From assembly GCF_050920415.1 (NCBI RefSeq), contig NZ_CP169309.1: a DNA stretch of 64,000 nucleotides. One strand, written 5' to 3'. The notes beneath the pieces were generated by a model. It did not search any database and was not told the origin of the DNA. It saw only the letters and a list, made by a program, of their open reading frames with translations. Made by a program: the position numbers and the translations under genes. Origin of the DNA: Escherichia coli. Its GTDB lineage: Bacteria > Pseudomonadota > Gammaproteobacteria > Enterobacterales > Enterobacteriaceae. Below, one piece after another: positions 1 to 10,348 of the stretch (its first letter is position 1; every line of letters begins with the position of its first letter).

Positions 1-203
1 AGATGGGTTAATGCCTGTGAAGACGGGGCATCGGCGATAACGGTAAGGTAAAAAGTAAATCCGATCGTCATAAACACGCCTGCGGACATCGCCATTAAAA
101 AGACCGACACTTTGCTGCGGGCAATTTTATGGGCGGCAATCCGTTCAGCGATTGCCGCTTTTCTGGCGCTCAACTGCAAGTCGAAAGAGAGTTTGTTTCT
201 CAT
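1..203 (-). CDS. focB: Formate channel FocB, N-terminal part (gene runs off window start)
   Basis: Minus-strand translation from ATG at 201-203 gives MRNKLSFDLQLSARKAAIAERIAAHKIARSKVSVFLMAMSAGVF..., recognised as FocB N-terminus; position just downstream of hyfR as in K-12. Confidence 0.85.
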   Translation of the reverse strand, partial: MRNKLSFDLQLSARKAAIAERIAAHKIARSKVSVFLMAMSAGVFMTIGFTFYLTVIADAPSSQALTH

Positions 204-224
204 GCATACTCCTGCAAAAACAGA

Positions 225-2237
225 TTACAACACCTCGCGAACCGAGATCCCCAGCCGCTGCATTCGTGACAGCAGCGTGGTGCGCTTCATCCCTAATCGC
301 GTCGCCGCGCCACGGGGCCCGGCAACAATGCCATTGGTTTCTCGCAATACCTGAACAATGCGCTTACGTTCTTCTTCGTCATTCTCTGGCGTCGTCGGGT
401 GCAGTAACTGCGCCATTGAACTGCGAAGCGCTGAATCTTCATTTAGCGTCGGCAGTAAACGGCTTTGTCGGACATTAAGATGTAAATTCAGACTGTTACC
501 GCGAGTCAGTAGTACCGCTCGCTCAATCACGTTTTCCAGCTCGCGCACGTTGCCCGGCCAGTCCCACGACATCAACTGGCGTAGCGCTTCTGTTGGAATG
601 GCATCAATTGTGCGATTCATATGGCGAGCCATTTTTTGTGTAAAATGTTTTGCTAAAAGAGGGATATCTTCCGGACGGTCGCGTAGCGGCGGCAATTCCA
701 GTGGAAAGACGTTCAGGCGATAAAAGAGATCGCTGCGAAACTGGCGATCTTCTACCATTTGCCACAAATCACGGTTGGTGGCGGCAATGACTCTGACATT
801 CACCGGGATCGTTCTACTCCCACCGAGACGCTCAATTTCCCGCTCCTGTAATACGCGTAGCAGTTTGGGCTGAAGTTCTAACGGCAGATCGCCAATTTCA
901 TCGAGAAATAACGTGCCGCCATCGGCAATTTCAAAACGACCACGATGAGTGTTAATCGCGCCAGTAAATGCCCCTTTGTCGTGACCGAATAACTCACTTT
1001 CCAGAAGACTGGCGGGGATGGCAGCGCAGTTGATTTTGACCAGCGGCTTGTCGCGTCGTGGGCTAAGTTGATGGATCGCTCTGGCGATCACCTCTTTGCC
1101 GGTTCCGGTTTCACCACAAATCAACACCGTACTGTCGCTCTTCGCCACAATATCTACCTGCTGGAGCAAATCTTCCATTGCCTGGCTTTGATAGATAATG
1201 TCACCGACGCCCAGATTCGAAAGGAGCTGCTCGCTAAGCTGGTGGTTTTCTTGCTGCAAGCTTTCCTGCAAATCGGTCATGCTACGCCAGGCATCGGCAT
1301 TGCCAACGGCAATAGCGATGCGATCGGCAATATGTTGTAGTAGCTGGCAGTTTTCCTCCCCAAAGAGAGTGGAAGAGGTATGCGCCAGCAACAATGCACC
1401 CGGTGTATGGTTGCCAAAGGTGAGCGGTATAAGGAGCGCAGATTCGCAGCCGTTAGATGCAAGTAAGTGTAATAACGGGTCGCGTTGCCAGAGAAACAGA
1501 TCGTCTGCACGGTGCGTCAAGGTCGGTTGTCGGGTTTGTAGCGTTTGTGTCAGCAATACACTTTCGCCAGGCATACAGCGTGGCAGACTCGCACAATGTG
1601 AGGCAGAAAGATCGCTGCACCACAGGCTGAACTTCTCGTTCTTTCGATGATCGCCCAGTACCATACTGACTGAAGCCAGACCGAAAAAATGATGGATCTC
1701 ACGAGCGACGTCAGCGATCAGATCGTCGAGATCAAGATGTGACAACACTGCATTAGTGATATCCACCAGTACCCGATGATGATCGCGATCTTTCTCCAGC
1801 AAACGCAGCGCCACCTGCTGTTCTTCATCATTGAGCCATGATTGCAGAACCGGAGTGATTATGTGTGCCAGCCAGTTAAACAGTGTGCAATCCTGGGGAG
1901 TAAAACGATTGCCGTGGGTGCGAATAAAGCGTAGCTCCGCCATTCCACTACTGCCGAGAAGGACGGCGTGGCGCGAATAATCGACCATCTCGCCCTGATA
2001 CTCTGTTGTTGCCGTCACATCGCTGCCATCATCATGGTAGCGGTAATAGAAGTTGCTTTTGAGAACATGCAGTTCAATAAGTTGTACCGGGCTGAACGGC
2101 GGCGGCAGCGGGATGAAGGCGCGTAATAAAGACGCCTTGCCGTGTTTCTGCGCTAACCGCTCCGCGAGCATTCCGTTTACCGCTTCAATTGTTATTCCTT
2201 GTGGCGGGGCAAACATCGCCTCGTCTGACATAGCCAT
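225..2237 (-). CDS. hyfR: Sigma-54-dependent transcriptional activator of hyf operon
   Basis: 670-aa ORF; AAA+ sigma-54 activator motifs (GETGTGKE Walker A, GAFTGA), C-terminal HTH; FhlA-like GAF N-domain. Confidence 0.95.
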   Translation of the reverse strand: MAMSDEAMFAPPQGITIEAVNGMLAERLAQKHGKASLLRAFIPLPPPFSPVQLIELHVLKSNFYYRYHDDGSDVTATTEYQGEMVDYSRHAVLLGSSGMAELRFIRTHGNRFTPQDCTLFNWLAHIITPVLQSWLNDEEQQVALRLLEKDRDHHRVLVDITNAVLSHLDLDDLIADVAREIHHFFGLASVSMVLGDHRKNEKFSLWCSDLSASHCASLPRCMPGESVLLTQTLQTRQPTLTHRADDLFLWQRDPLLHLLASNGCESALLIPLTFGNHTPGALLLAHTSSTLFGEENCQLLQHIADRIAIAVGNADAWRSMTDLQESLQQENHQLSEQLLSNLGVGDIIYQSQAMEDLLQQVDIVAKSDSTVLICGETGTGKEVIARAIHQLSPRRDKPLVKINCAAIPASLLESELFGHDKGAFTGAINTHRGRFEIADGGTLFLDEIGDLPLELQPKLLRVLQEREIERLGGSRTIPVNVRVIAATNRDLWQMVEDRQFRSDLFYRLNVFPLELPPLRDRPEDIPLLAKHFTQKMARHMNRTIDAIPTEALRQLMSWDWPGNVRELENVIERAVLLTRGNSLNLHLNVRQSRLLPTLNEDSALRSSMAQLLHPTTPENDEEERKRIVQVLRETNGIVAGPRGAATRLGMKRTTLLSRMQRLGISVREVL

Positions 2238-2266
2238 TAACAGTCCTTATTAATGAGAAATCCTTC

Positions 2267-2680
2267 TCACGCAATTTTTCTGGCCATCAGATAGATGGCC
2301 GGTTCCTGCACAATTTCATCCAACAGATGAATGAATTGAATGCTACGCGCCTGCCACACAGACGTCGCGTCATCTGCCAGTGGCGCGAATGCCCGGGTCA
2401 ACAGGGCGGTGTGGCTGGCGTCAATAACAATCTCACCAAAGGTCATCACCCCCAGCATCTTACGTCGGGCTTGCTCCTCTTCGACCTGTGCAAGCCAATC
2501 TTCGTATTCCGTCTGTGGGCAGCGGAAGGCGACATTCAGACAATCAATCACGCCAACGTGATGACCGATAGCCAACGAGTAATACATTACCTGGGAGCTG
2601 TGTTCCGGCATCTCGTCGCTACTGGCGATAAATTTTTTTCGCAGTGTCCAGAAAACAATTTCCCCGCACTCCTCAGCCAT
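2267..2680 (-). CDS. hyfJ: Hydrogenase-4 maturation/assembly protein (HycH-like)
   Basis: 137-aa ORF at 3' end of hyf operon; length and position match HyfJ. Confidence 0.85.
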   Translation of the reverse strand: MAEECGEIVFWTLRKKFIASSDEMPEHSSQVMYYSLAIGHHVGVIDCLNVAFRCPQTEYEDWLAQVEEEQARRKMLGVMTFGEIVIDASHTALLTRAFAPLADDATSVWQARSIQFIHLLDEIVQEPAIYLMARKIA

Positions 2681-3431
2681 GTAACCCCCGGAGAACGCGA
2701 AAGAGTTGCTGAACGATACTATTGAGACGCGGATCGTCGGCTTCGCGCAACCAGGTGTTAACCCGATTTCCTGTAGGATCGTCGCTTAAATGGCGCAGGA
2801 GCCGATCGCAAATTTCTCGCCCCTGACGATAGCCCGCCAGCCGCCTCGCTTCTCGCTCAATGGCGATACGCTGTGATGGCGGGATATGCGGCCACAGCGG
2901 TTGCATGGTCACCCCGGTGGGATCGCGATAATCCACCGCGTGAATCTTCTGTTGTAGCAAACCGAGCGCCACGGCGAAACCGTGAATGGTGGCGGCCGGT
3001 GTTGGCGGGCAGCCGGGGATCCAAACATCAATGGGGACAATGGTGTCGCTGCCGCCCCAGACGCTGTAGAGATCGTGGAAAATACCGCCGCCGACACCGC
3101 ACGCGCCGTAGGAAACACAGATTTTATGATCGGGGGCAGACTCATATGCCCGAAGTGCAGGCATACGCATCGCCCGGGTGACTGCGCCAGTAAATAACAA
3201 AATATCGGCGTGACGAGGTGATGAAACAACCTTAATGCCAAAGCGTTCTGCGTCGAACACTGGCGTGATGGCGGCAAAAATTTCGATTTCACAGGCGTTG
3301 CAGCCGCCACAATCCACGCGATAAACGTAGGCCGAACGACGGATATCCTGTAGCAAATGCTGCTTCATCTTTTGCGTTTGTTCGTCCAGCGTGATGGGCT
3401 GGCTGACATGTTGCGTAAGCACTGGACTCAT
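2673..3431 (-). CDS. hyfI: Hydrogenase-4 small subunit (NuoB-like)
   Basis: 252-aa ORF; NuoB-type Fe-S cysteine motifs ([12 protein letters not shown]); overlaps hyfJ and hyfH by a few nt (coupled). Confidence 0.9.
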   Translation of the reverse strand: MSPVLTQHVSQPITLDEQTQKMKQHLLQDIRRSAYVYRVDCGGCNACEIEIFAAITPVFDAERFGIKVVSSPRHADILLFTGAVTRAMRMPALRAYESAPDHKICVSYGACGVGGGIFHDLYSVWGGSDTIVPIDVWIPGCPPTPAATIHGFAVALGLLQQKIHAVDYRDPTGVTMQPLWPHIPPSQRIAIEREARRLAGYRQGREICDRLLRHLSDDPTGNRVNTWLREADDPRLNSIVQQLFRVLRGLHG

Positions 3432-3973
3432 AGCTGCTCCTTAGCCACCAGCGGTTCATCTGTGTCGTCGTTGATCAGCGTCGCGCGTTGTTTGCATTCC
3501 GGGCAGACGCTCGCTTGCGCCCACAACATTTCGCGGTTTTGTGGTGCATTTTGTTGCTGTGCCAACAGTTCTGCAGCCAGTGCGACGGTTTTTTGCGGGG
3601 CAAACGGGCGTTCGCAACGGCTGCAACGTTGTAGATGGAACTTCGCGCGGGTATAGAGATCGGCTTTATTGGTGACGGTCAGTTCAAAGTTATCAGTAAG
3701 CTGAATGGCTCTGGTCGGGCACACTTCTTCACAACGTCCGCAGTAAATACAACGCCCCAGATAGAGCTGCCAGGTGCGCGTATTTTGCTGGTCGTCGGTC
3801 TGGATAGTCAGCGCATTTGCCGGACAAGCACAGGCGCAGGCACCGCAGGCAATACATTGGCTGGGCATCAGGTCCGGTTTCCCGCGAAAGCCTGGGCTGA
3901 CCTCCAGTGGCGCGAAGGGATATTTCACCGTCGCGGTTCCGGCGCGCATAATAGTTTTCAGTAACTTCAGCAT
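3428..3973 (-). CDS. hyfH: Hydrogenase-4 ferredoxin-type subunit (2x 4Fe-4S)
   Basis: 181-aa ORF with two CxxCxxCxxxCP motifs. Confidence 0.9.
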   Translation of the reverse strand: MLKLLKTIMRAGTATVKYPFAPLEVSPGFRGKPDLMPSQCIACGACACACPANALTIQTDDQQNTRTWQLYLGRCIYCGRCEEVCPTRAIQLTDNFELTVTNKADLYTRAKFHLQRCSRCERPFAPQKTVALAAELLAQQQNAPQNREMLWAQASVCPECKQRATLINDDTDEPLVAKEQL

Positions 3974-3982
3974 TTTCTGTCC

Positions 3983-5743
3983 TTACTTCAGCGGCGAACG
4001 GTTACGATCAATGCCGTAGCGTTCGATCTCTTTATACGGCACGGTTTTTGACTGGCGCTTGCGCACATCAACCAGCGTCACACGGTCGGTACAGGAGTAG
4101 CAGGGATCAAGGCTACCGATAATCAGCGGTGCGTCAGAAACGGTATTGCCGCGCAGCATGTAACGCAGCACTGGCCAGTTGGCGTAGGTGGCGGCACGAC
4201 AGCGCCAGCGGAACAATTTTTGGTTATCGCCGAGCATGCTCCAGTGCACGTCTTCACCGCGTGGCGCTTCAACAAAGCCCAGCGCGAATGCGTGAGGTTT
4301 ATAGCTAAAGCCTTCGGTCAGCAGTGGGGTATCCGGCATGTTGTCGAGGGCAAATTCCAGCATTGCCAGCGAATCAAACGTCTCTTTGACACGGACCATC
4401 ACGCGGGAGAAGACATCGCCGCCGGTAAAGGTAAACAGCGTTTTTGGAATATTGCCGTAGTCGGCGTAGGGGTGATCAAAGCGCAAATCACGGGCAAAAC
4501 CACTGCCACGGATCAGCGGCCCTACGGGGCTATAATCACGGGCGATTTGTCGGTCGAGAATGCCAATGCCCTGAGTGCGTTGTTCCATATTCGGCGTGGC
4601 AAGCAGCATCTCTACCAGCTCCGACACGTCGGCGCGCATCTCGCGCACCAGTTTCATCGTTTGCAGACGTTGCTCTTTGAGAATATCGCGGCGAACACCA
4701 CCAATCAGATTCAGACCGTAGGTTTTACGCGACCCGGTCAGCAATTCCGCCATCGTCATCGACTTTTCCCGCACGCGGAAAAATTGCATAAAACCGGTAT
4801 CAAAACCAACAAAATGGCAGGAGAGGCCAAGGTTGAGCAAATGACTATGCAGCCGTTCGACTTCCAGCAGAATCGAGCGAATAGTATGCGCTCGTTGCGG
4901 CACCTCAATCCCCAGTGCATTTTCAACCGAGTTGGTATAGGCCACACTGTGGGCAAAACCGCAAATCCCACACACGCGGTCCGACAAGAAGGTCACTTCG
5001 TTGTAGCCCATCCGCGTTTCTGCCAGTTTCTCCATGCCGCGATGGACATAAAACAGGCGGTAATCAGCATCGACAATATGCTCGCCATCCACAAACAAGC
5101 GGAAGTGACCTGGTTCATCGGAGGTGATATGCAGCGGGCCAACAGGGATCACCCGCGCATCGCTGTTGCCCTCGTTGATAAACGGATACGTTTCGGTATC
5201 AGTCGTCGGTTCAGGGCGCAGGCGATAATCCATCGCGTCTTTGCGCAGCGGATGCATATCTTCCGGCCAGTCATCGGGCAACACCAGGCGACGCTGATCC
5301 GGCAGGCCAACCGGAATCAGCCCGTACATATCGCGAATTTCTCGCTCGCCCCAGACCGCGGCAGGGACGCGCGGTGTGACTGACGGAAACTCCCGACTGT
5401 CGGCATCGACCAGTGCCTTCACCACGATCCAGCATTTTTCGGCCCCTTCCATTGAAAGGGCATAATAAACCGCGTAATGACCGTTAAGTGTCCGCTCGTC
5501 GTTGCCAAACAGGACCGGAAGCCAGCCATCATGTTGATAATAAAGATAATGTACAACGTCAGGCAGCAGATTTATTTTCACCGTAATGGTGACCTGTTCA
5601 GGCGTTTGTCGCTCTTCATCCAGCACCGCGCCGGGGAACTGCGTTTTCAGGGCGGCGAGAATCGCTTCGCCACGATTTGACGATGAATTAACGTTCACTG
5701 TGTTTCTCCGAAACAGATGCGGTGCCTGAAGGCAAAAAATCAT
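3983..5743 (-). CDS. hyfG: Hydrogenase-4 large (NiFe) subunit
   Basis: Longest ORF 586 aa; NuoD/HycE-like sequence. True start is probably an internal GTG near 5698 ([14 protein letters not shown]...). Confidence 0.9.
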   Translation of the reverse strand: MIFCLQAPHLFRRNTVNVNSSSNRGEAILAALKTQFPGAVLDEERQTPEQVTITVKINLLPDVVHYLYYQHDGWLPVLFGNDERTLNGHYAVYYALSMEGAEKCWIVVKALVDADSREFPSVTPRVPAAVWGEREIRDMYGLIPVGLPDQRRLVLPDDWPEDMHPLRKDAMDYRLRPEPTTDTETYPFINEGNSDARVIPVGPLHITSDEPGHFRLFVDGEHIVDADYRLFYVHRGMEKLAETRMGYNEVTFLSDRVCGICGFAHSVAYTNSVENALGIEVPQRAHTIRSILLEVERLHSHLLNLGLSCHFVGFDTGFMQFFRVREKSMTMAELLTGSRKTYGLNLIGGVRRDILKEQRLQTMKLVREMRADVSELVEMLLATPNMEQRTQGIGILDRQIARDYSPVGPLIRGSGFARDLRFDHPYADYGNIPKTLFTFTGGDVFSRVMVRVKETFDSLAMLEFALDNMPDTPLLTEGFSYKPHAFALGFVEAPRGEDVHWSMLGDNQKLFRWRCRAATYANWPVLRYMLRGNTVSDAPLIIGSLDPCYSCTDRVTLVDVRKRQSKTVPYKEIERYGIDRNRSPLK

Positions 5744-7268
5744 GCCAGGTGCTACGTTGTGCAGGCAGGTCGTGCGTCCCTGAGAGGACTATAGTGGAAG
5801 CGCCCGCCAGGATCCTGATGACAGGTTGTGGAATATGCGTTCCCATCGCCAGCATCATGACCAGCAGAATCACCATTGGCGAGGTGGTCAACCAGCCAAG
5901 TTCACCCCGGTTAACGGCCTGCGGCGGTTTCGCCATTAACACCCGCGCAGCCATCCGTACCAGGCCCGCCAGCACCAGCGTTAACAGCAATAACAGCAGG
6001 ACGATAATCAACAGGTGATTACGAGCCAGTCCGGCGGTAACGGTCATAAATTCGCTAAGAAAAATGTTGAAGGGCGGCATCCCGGCCAGCGCCAGCGCAC
6101 CGCCGCCAAACAGCACGGCGGTAAATGGCATGATTTTGAGCATTCCGCAGACGACGTTGAGATCGCGCGTGCCGTACTTGAGCAGTACATTGCCGGAACC
6201 GCAGAACAGCAGCGTTTTTGCCAGACTGTGGTTTAAGGTGTGCAGCAGCGCAGCAAAAATTCCCAGCGGCCCGCCAATGCCTAGCGCCACCGCGACCAGT
6301 CCCATGTTCTCCACGCTGGAGTACGCCAGCAGACGCTTAATGTCCCGCTGTACCAGAATGAAAAATGCCGCCACGGCAACCGACAACATGCCGAAGATGA
6401 GCAACAACCGGTTGGGGAAATCGCTGCCGATGGCCTGGCAAATAATGATGTAATAGCGAATCAGCACCAACAGCGCGCAGTTCAGCAATACGGCGGAGAG
6501 CAGGGCGCTGACCGGACTCGGCGCTTCACTGTGAGCATCCGGCAGCCAGGCGTGCATGGGAAATAGCCCGGTTTTGGTGCCAAAGCCAATTAGCACAAAC
6601 ACAAAGGCCAACAGCATTAATGTTGGGTCAAGCAAGGACGATTGCTTAAGAACCTCGCTCCAGAATATCGCCATTTCTGCCTGCGGCATAACGCTGGCGG
6701 CGTTGGCGTATACCAGCACGGTACCGAACAGACCAAAAGCGACACCAACAGTACAAATAATGATGTACTTCCATGCAGCTTCCAGAGATGAACGCTGACC
6801 GTAAATGCCTACCAGAAACGCCGAGCTTAAGGTGGTGGCTTCGATTGCCGCCCACATCACAATCAGGTTATTGCTGGTAACAACCAGCAGCATGGTGAAC
6901 AAAAACAGATGGAAGAAACCGTAGTAATCGCACAGCGTAACGGGTGAAAGCTCGCCGTGAGCCACTTCATGACGCATGTAGCCAATCGAGTAAACACCGG
7001 TGAGAAAGCCAATCACACCAAGAATGGCGAGGAACAAACCGCCCAGACCATCAATATGAAGCCACAGTCCGGCGGCGAATATTTCTTCCGCATCCGCGGC
7101 GGTTTTGACCACCCAGAGTGCCAGAATCAGCAGCAGCGTGATCCCTAAGCTATGTAATACTGTCACCGTGCGAGTCGCAGAGTGTCCCCGTTTCCGGCAG
7201 GCAAAACAGAGCAGCGAAAAAAGCAGCGGCGTGAGCAGGAGTAAAGCGAACATCACAGAATAACTCAT
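5688..7268 (-). CDS. hyfF: Hydrogenase-4 membrane subunit (NuoL/M/N antiporter-like)
   Basis: 526-aa polytopic membrane ORF; operon position. Confidence 0.9.
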   Translation of the reverse strand: MSYSVMFALLLLTPLLFSLLCFACRKRGHSATRTVTVLHSLGITLLLILALWVVKTAADAEEIFAAGLWLHIDGLGGLFLAILGVIGFLTGVYSIGYMRHEVAHGELSPVTLCDYYGFFHLFLFTMLLVVTSNNLIVMWAAIEATTLSSAFLVGIYGQRSSLEAAWKYIIICTVGVAFGLFGTVLVYANAASVMPQAEMAIFWSEVLKQSSLLDPTLMLLAFVFVLIGFGTKTGLFPMHAWLPDAHSEAPSPVSALLSAVLLNCALLVLIRYYIIICQAIGSDFPNRLLLIFGMLSVAVAAFFILVQRDIKRLLAYSSVENMGLVAVALGIGGPLGIFAALLHTLNHSLAKTLLFCGSGNVLLKYGTRDLNVVCGMLKIMPFTAVLFGGGALALAGMPPFNIFLSEFMTVTAGLARNHLLIIVLLLLLLTLVLAGLVRMAARVLMAKPPQAVNRGELGWLTTSPMVILLVMMLAMGTHIPQPVIRILAGASTIVLSGTHDLPAQRSTWHDFLPSGTASVSEKHSER

Positions 7269-7272
7269 CTCA

Positions 7273-7923
7273 TTATCCCTTCAGCGCGGTCAAGTTGTTC
7301 ACGTCCAGCGTGCCGTGGGTACGCCATATTTTTCTTGCCAGCAACACCATCACAACGACGGCGAAAATGGCATCGGTAGCGATACCAATTTCCACCAGTT
7401 CCGGTGCACGCCAGGCAAGAAGTGCCAGCACCAGATGGGAGCCGTTTTCCATCAGGCAGTAACCAAAAATTTGCCGCAGGATATTGCGCTGGCTGACAAT
7501 GCACAGCAGGCCAAGCAGAAAATGACCTAACGCCACCGCCAGCGCCGGTTTCAGCCCGGTAGCCATCGGTAGCTTCACGGGCTGAACGACAAATGCGCAA
7601 AGCAGGACAATTAATGCCGCGAGCAATGCCATCATTGCCGGACCGAATAACGCTTTTTCCGGGAGGTTCTGGGGAATATTTCGTGCAGCGTAAATCATGA
7701 TTAACGGTACCATCAGTACTTTGGTGATAAAGGCGCTGGCGGACCAGATCAGCAGTTGCTCTGCGGCGAACAGGCACGAGAGGGTGGCGAAAATAGACAC
7801 CAGCACCAGCGACTGGCAGGCGTAAAATCCGCATGACAGGCGATAGCTTTTGACACTAATCACAAACAGCGATGTCAGCATCATCAGTCCCGCCAGATTA
7901 TTTACGATCATAGAACCGGTCAT
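7273..7923 (-). CDS. hyfE: Hydrogenase-4 membrane subunit
   Basis: 216-aa hydrophobic ORF; operon position. Confidence 0.9.
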   Translation of the reverse strand: MTGSMIVNNLAGLMMLTSLFVISVKSYRLSCGFYACQSLVLVSIFATLSCLFAAEQLLIWSASAFITKVLMVPLIMIYAARNIPQNLPEKALFGPAMMALLAALIVLLCAFVVQPVKLPMATGLKPALAVALGHFLLGLLCIVSQRNILRQIFGYCLMENGSHLVLALLAWRAPELVEIGIATDAIFAVVVMVLLARKIWRTHGTLDVNNLTALKG

Positions 7924-7934
7924 TCATCATCTCC

Positions 7935-9374
7935 TTACTGCAACCAGGTCGCGGCGAATACGCTGGAAATCAGCGACATCACAATCAGTACAATCAACAC
8001 CAGGCGCATTGATCCTGGCAGCGGTGCGGCATCAGCGACGGCCTCGCTCGGTTTGCCAGGCACAACGCGACCAAACCAGCGAATAAACCAGGCGAAACTG
8101 GCAATCGATTCAATCATCAGCAGAATCATGGCGGGCAGCAGGATCCAGTACTCCACTGACAACGAAAAACCGGCAGCAAACAGTGGGAATTTACTGAAGA
8201 AGCCGTTGAACGGCGGCACGCCAGTAATCGCCAGCGCGGCCACGCAGAAACCCACGCCTGGCAACGGCAGGGTGTGCAATACGCCACGCAGACGCGGCAA
8301 CAAGCGCGTGCCGCAGCTGTAACTCAGCGCACCGGCTACAAGGAAAAACAGGCTTTTAGCGAACGCGTGGTTGACGATGTAGGCGATGCTGCCCTCCAGT
8401 GCCAGCCGCGAGCCGAAGATGGAGAGCGACAAGCCGAAGAACATCCAGCCAAGTTGAGTGATGGTCGACCAGGCCAGCAACCGCTTCATATCCTGCTGCG
8501 GCAAATACATCAGGAAGCCGTAAAGAATGGTGACCAGTGCCATGACCATGCCAACGCCGCCAATCACATGCGGGATATTGCCGCCGTCGATAATGGCGCG
8601 GGCAAAAATGTAAACGCCCACTTTCACCATCGATGCGGCGTGGAGATAGGCGCTGATCGGTGTTGGCGCTTCCATTGCATCCGGTAGCCACGCTTGCATC
8701 GGTAGCTGGGCCGATTTCCCCCACGCGGCAAACAGGATGCCACCATAAACCAGATAGCGTGCGTCGCCGTGTAACTCGCTCATCGCGCTAAGCGCAAACG
8801 TTCCGGTCTGCAAAAACAGCGTGGCGGCGGCAAGATACAACCCCAGCGAACCGATATGAGTGATAAGTAACGCTTTTAGTGCTGAACGTTGCGCTTTATC
8901 GCTCTGGTAATAACTGATCAACGCCCAGGAGCAGCCGCCCGTAATTTCAAAAAACAACAACTGACCGAGCAGCGTCGAGGAGAGTACCAGTCCCGCCATC
9001 GCGCCGATAAAAACCAGCAAAAATGCGTAATAACGATTCGTGCCGTTATGCGGGTGTTCGCGATTTTTATCCGTCAGATAACCCGTGGAGTAGATCGTGA
9101 CCAGCAAACCGAGGAACACCACCACAAACAGAATCAGCGTACTCACGCGATCAATGATCAGGCCAAACAACGCCACATCCCCCACGTTGACCAACGTCAA
9201 CGTGACGGCAACTTTATCGGCCTGATAAAACGCGGAGATCAGCGACAACATGCACAGCGTGGTCAGCGCGGCGAACAAAATCCCCCATTCGGCGGCCCGA
9301 CGTTGTGGCGAAAACGAAACGACCAGTGCGCCGATAAAAGGCAGCAATAACGTCGTCAGAGCAAGATTTTCCAT
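7935..9374 (-). CDS. hyfD: Hydrogenase-4 membrane subunit (NuoL/M/N antiporter-like)
   Basis: 479-aa polytopic membrane ORF. Confidence 0.9.
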   Translation of the reverse strand: MENLALTTLLLPFIGALVVSFSPQRRAAEWGILFAALTTLCMLSLISAFYQADKVAVTLTLVNVGDVALFGLIIDRVSTLILFVVVFLGLLVTIYSTGYLTDKNREHPHNGTNRYYAFLLVFIGAMAGLVLSSTLLGQLLFFEITGGCSWALISYYQSDKAQRSALKALLITHIGSLGLYLAAATLFLQTGTFALSAMSELHGDARYLVYGGILFAAWGKSAQLPMQAWLPDAMEAPTPISAYLHAASMVKVGVYIFARAIIDGGNIPHVIGGVGMVMALVTILYGFLMYLPQQDMKRLLAWSTITQLGWMFFGLSLSIFGSRLALEGSIAYIVNHAFAKSLFFLVAGALSYSCGTRLLPRLRGVLHTLPLPGVGFCVAALAITGVPPFNGFFSKFPLFAAGFSLSVEYWILLPAMILLMIESIASFAWFIRWFGRVVPGKPSEAVADAAPLPGSMRLVLIVLIVMSLISSVFAATWLQ

Positions 9375-9390
9375 ATTCCGTCAGTGCTCC

Positions 9391-10338
9391 TTACAGACCG
9401 GTTAACCAGAAGACCCAGGCAAGCGCAGCAAGGCTGAAGCCAAGCCAGGTCACATGGTGAATGAGTAAAAAACGCCCGCGTGCCAGCGTGTTTTCTGCGA
9501 TAGAGGCCAGAACAAAAATCAGCAAAACCTTGAGCAGCGTAACGACAAGTGAAGTCAGCAGGCAGGTGAGAGAAAGCTCTTGCGCGCGCCCAAAGGGCAG
9601 AAACAGGGCCACAAACAGTGCTGCCATCACGACCTGTTTCAGCCCCAGCCCCCATTTCGCCAACGCCAGCCCGGCACCGGAATATTCGGTCAGCGGGCCT
9701 TCCTGTAATTCCTGTTCTGCTTCAGCAACATCAAAGGGAATTTTTCCCATCTCAATGAAGCAGGCAAAACCACAGGCCAGTAACGCCAGTACGGTGGTTA
9801 GCGGCGAGTTCCAGCCCGTCGCCAGCGTCTTGCTGATCATCTCGATATGCGTGGAATCCGCTATCAGCGCCAATACCAGCAGTGAGAGAATGAGCATTGG
9901 TTCGACCAGAATGCCGAGCGTCAACTCGCGACTGGCACCGACACCCGCAAACGGACTTCCGGTATCCAGCCCGGAAAGAGCAAAGAAAAAACGAAACAGG
10001 GCAAGAAGATAGATAAGGGTGATCAGATCGCCGCCGCCCGCAAAAGGGGAAACAGTAATAAATAGTGGTAGGGCCATCGCCAGCACCAGCATGCTGCTGA
10101 TTAATACCCACGGCATCAGGCGGAACATCAGACCTGAAGATGTCGGCGCAACTTCCTGGCGTTTAAACAGTTTGTGGATATCGCGATAATCCTGCCAGAT
10201 CCCCGGTCCGCGACGGGAGTGCATACGCGCGCGTATCTGCCGGGAAATCCCCGTAAAAAGCGGGGTTAGCGCCAGCAGAATCACGGCCTGTGCTAACGCA
10301 AAAATGATCAGATATCCGTCGCAAAGAGTTTGTCTCAT
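9391..10338 (-). CDS. hyfC: Hydrogenase-4 membrane subunit (NuoH/HycD-like)
   Basis: ORF 322 aa; start taken at internal Met (MRQTLCDGYL...) giving 315 aa. Confidence 0.9.
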   Translation of the reverse strand: MRQTLCDGYLIIFALAQAVILLALTPLFTGISRQIRARMHSRRGPGIWQDYRDIHKLFKRQEVAPTSSGLMFRLMPWVLISSMLVLAMALPLFITVSPFAGGGDLITLIYLLALFRFFFALSGLDTGSPFAGVGASRELTLGILVEPMLILSLLVLALIADSTHIEMISKTLATGWNSPLTTVLALLACGFACFIEMGKIPFDVAEAEQELQEGPLTEYSGAGLALAKWGLGLKQVVMAALFVALFLPFGRAQELSLTCLLTSLVVTLLKVLLIFVLASIAENTLARGRFLLIHHVTWLGFSLAALAWVFWLTGL

Positions 10339-10348
10339 GGTGATTTCC

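Noticed and set aside
4220-5383. 387-aa plus-strand ORF
   Set aside because: Lies entirely antisense within hyfG; it is a shadow ORF of a well-supported gene with no independent signals.
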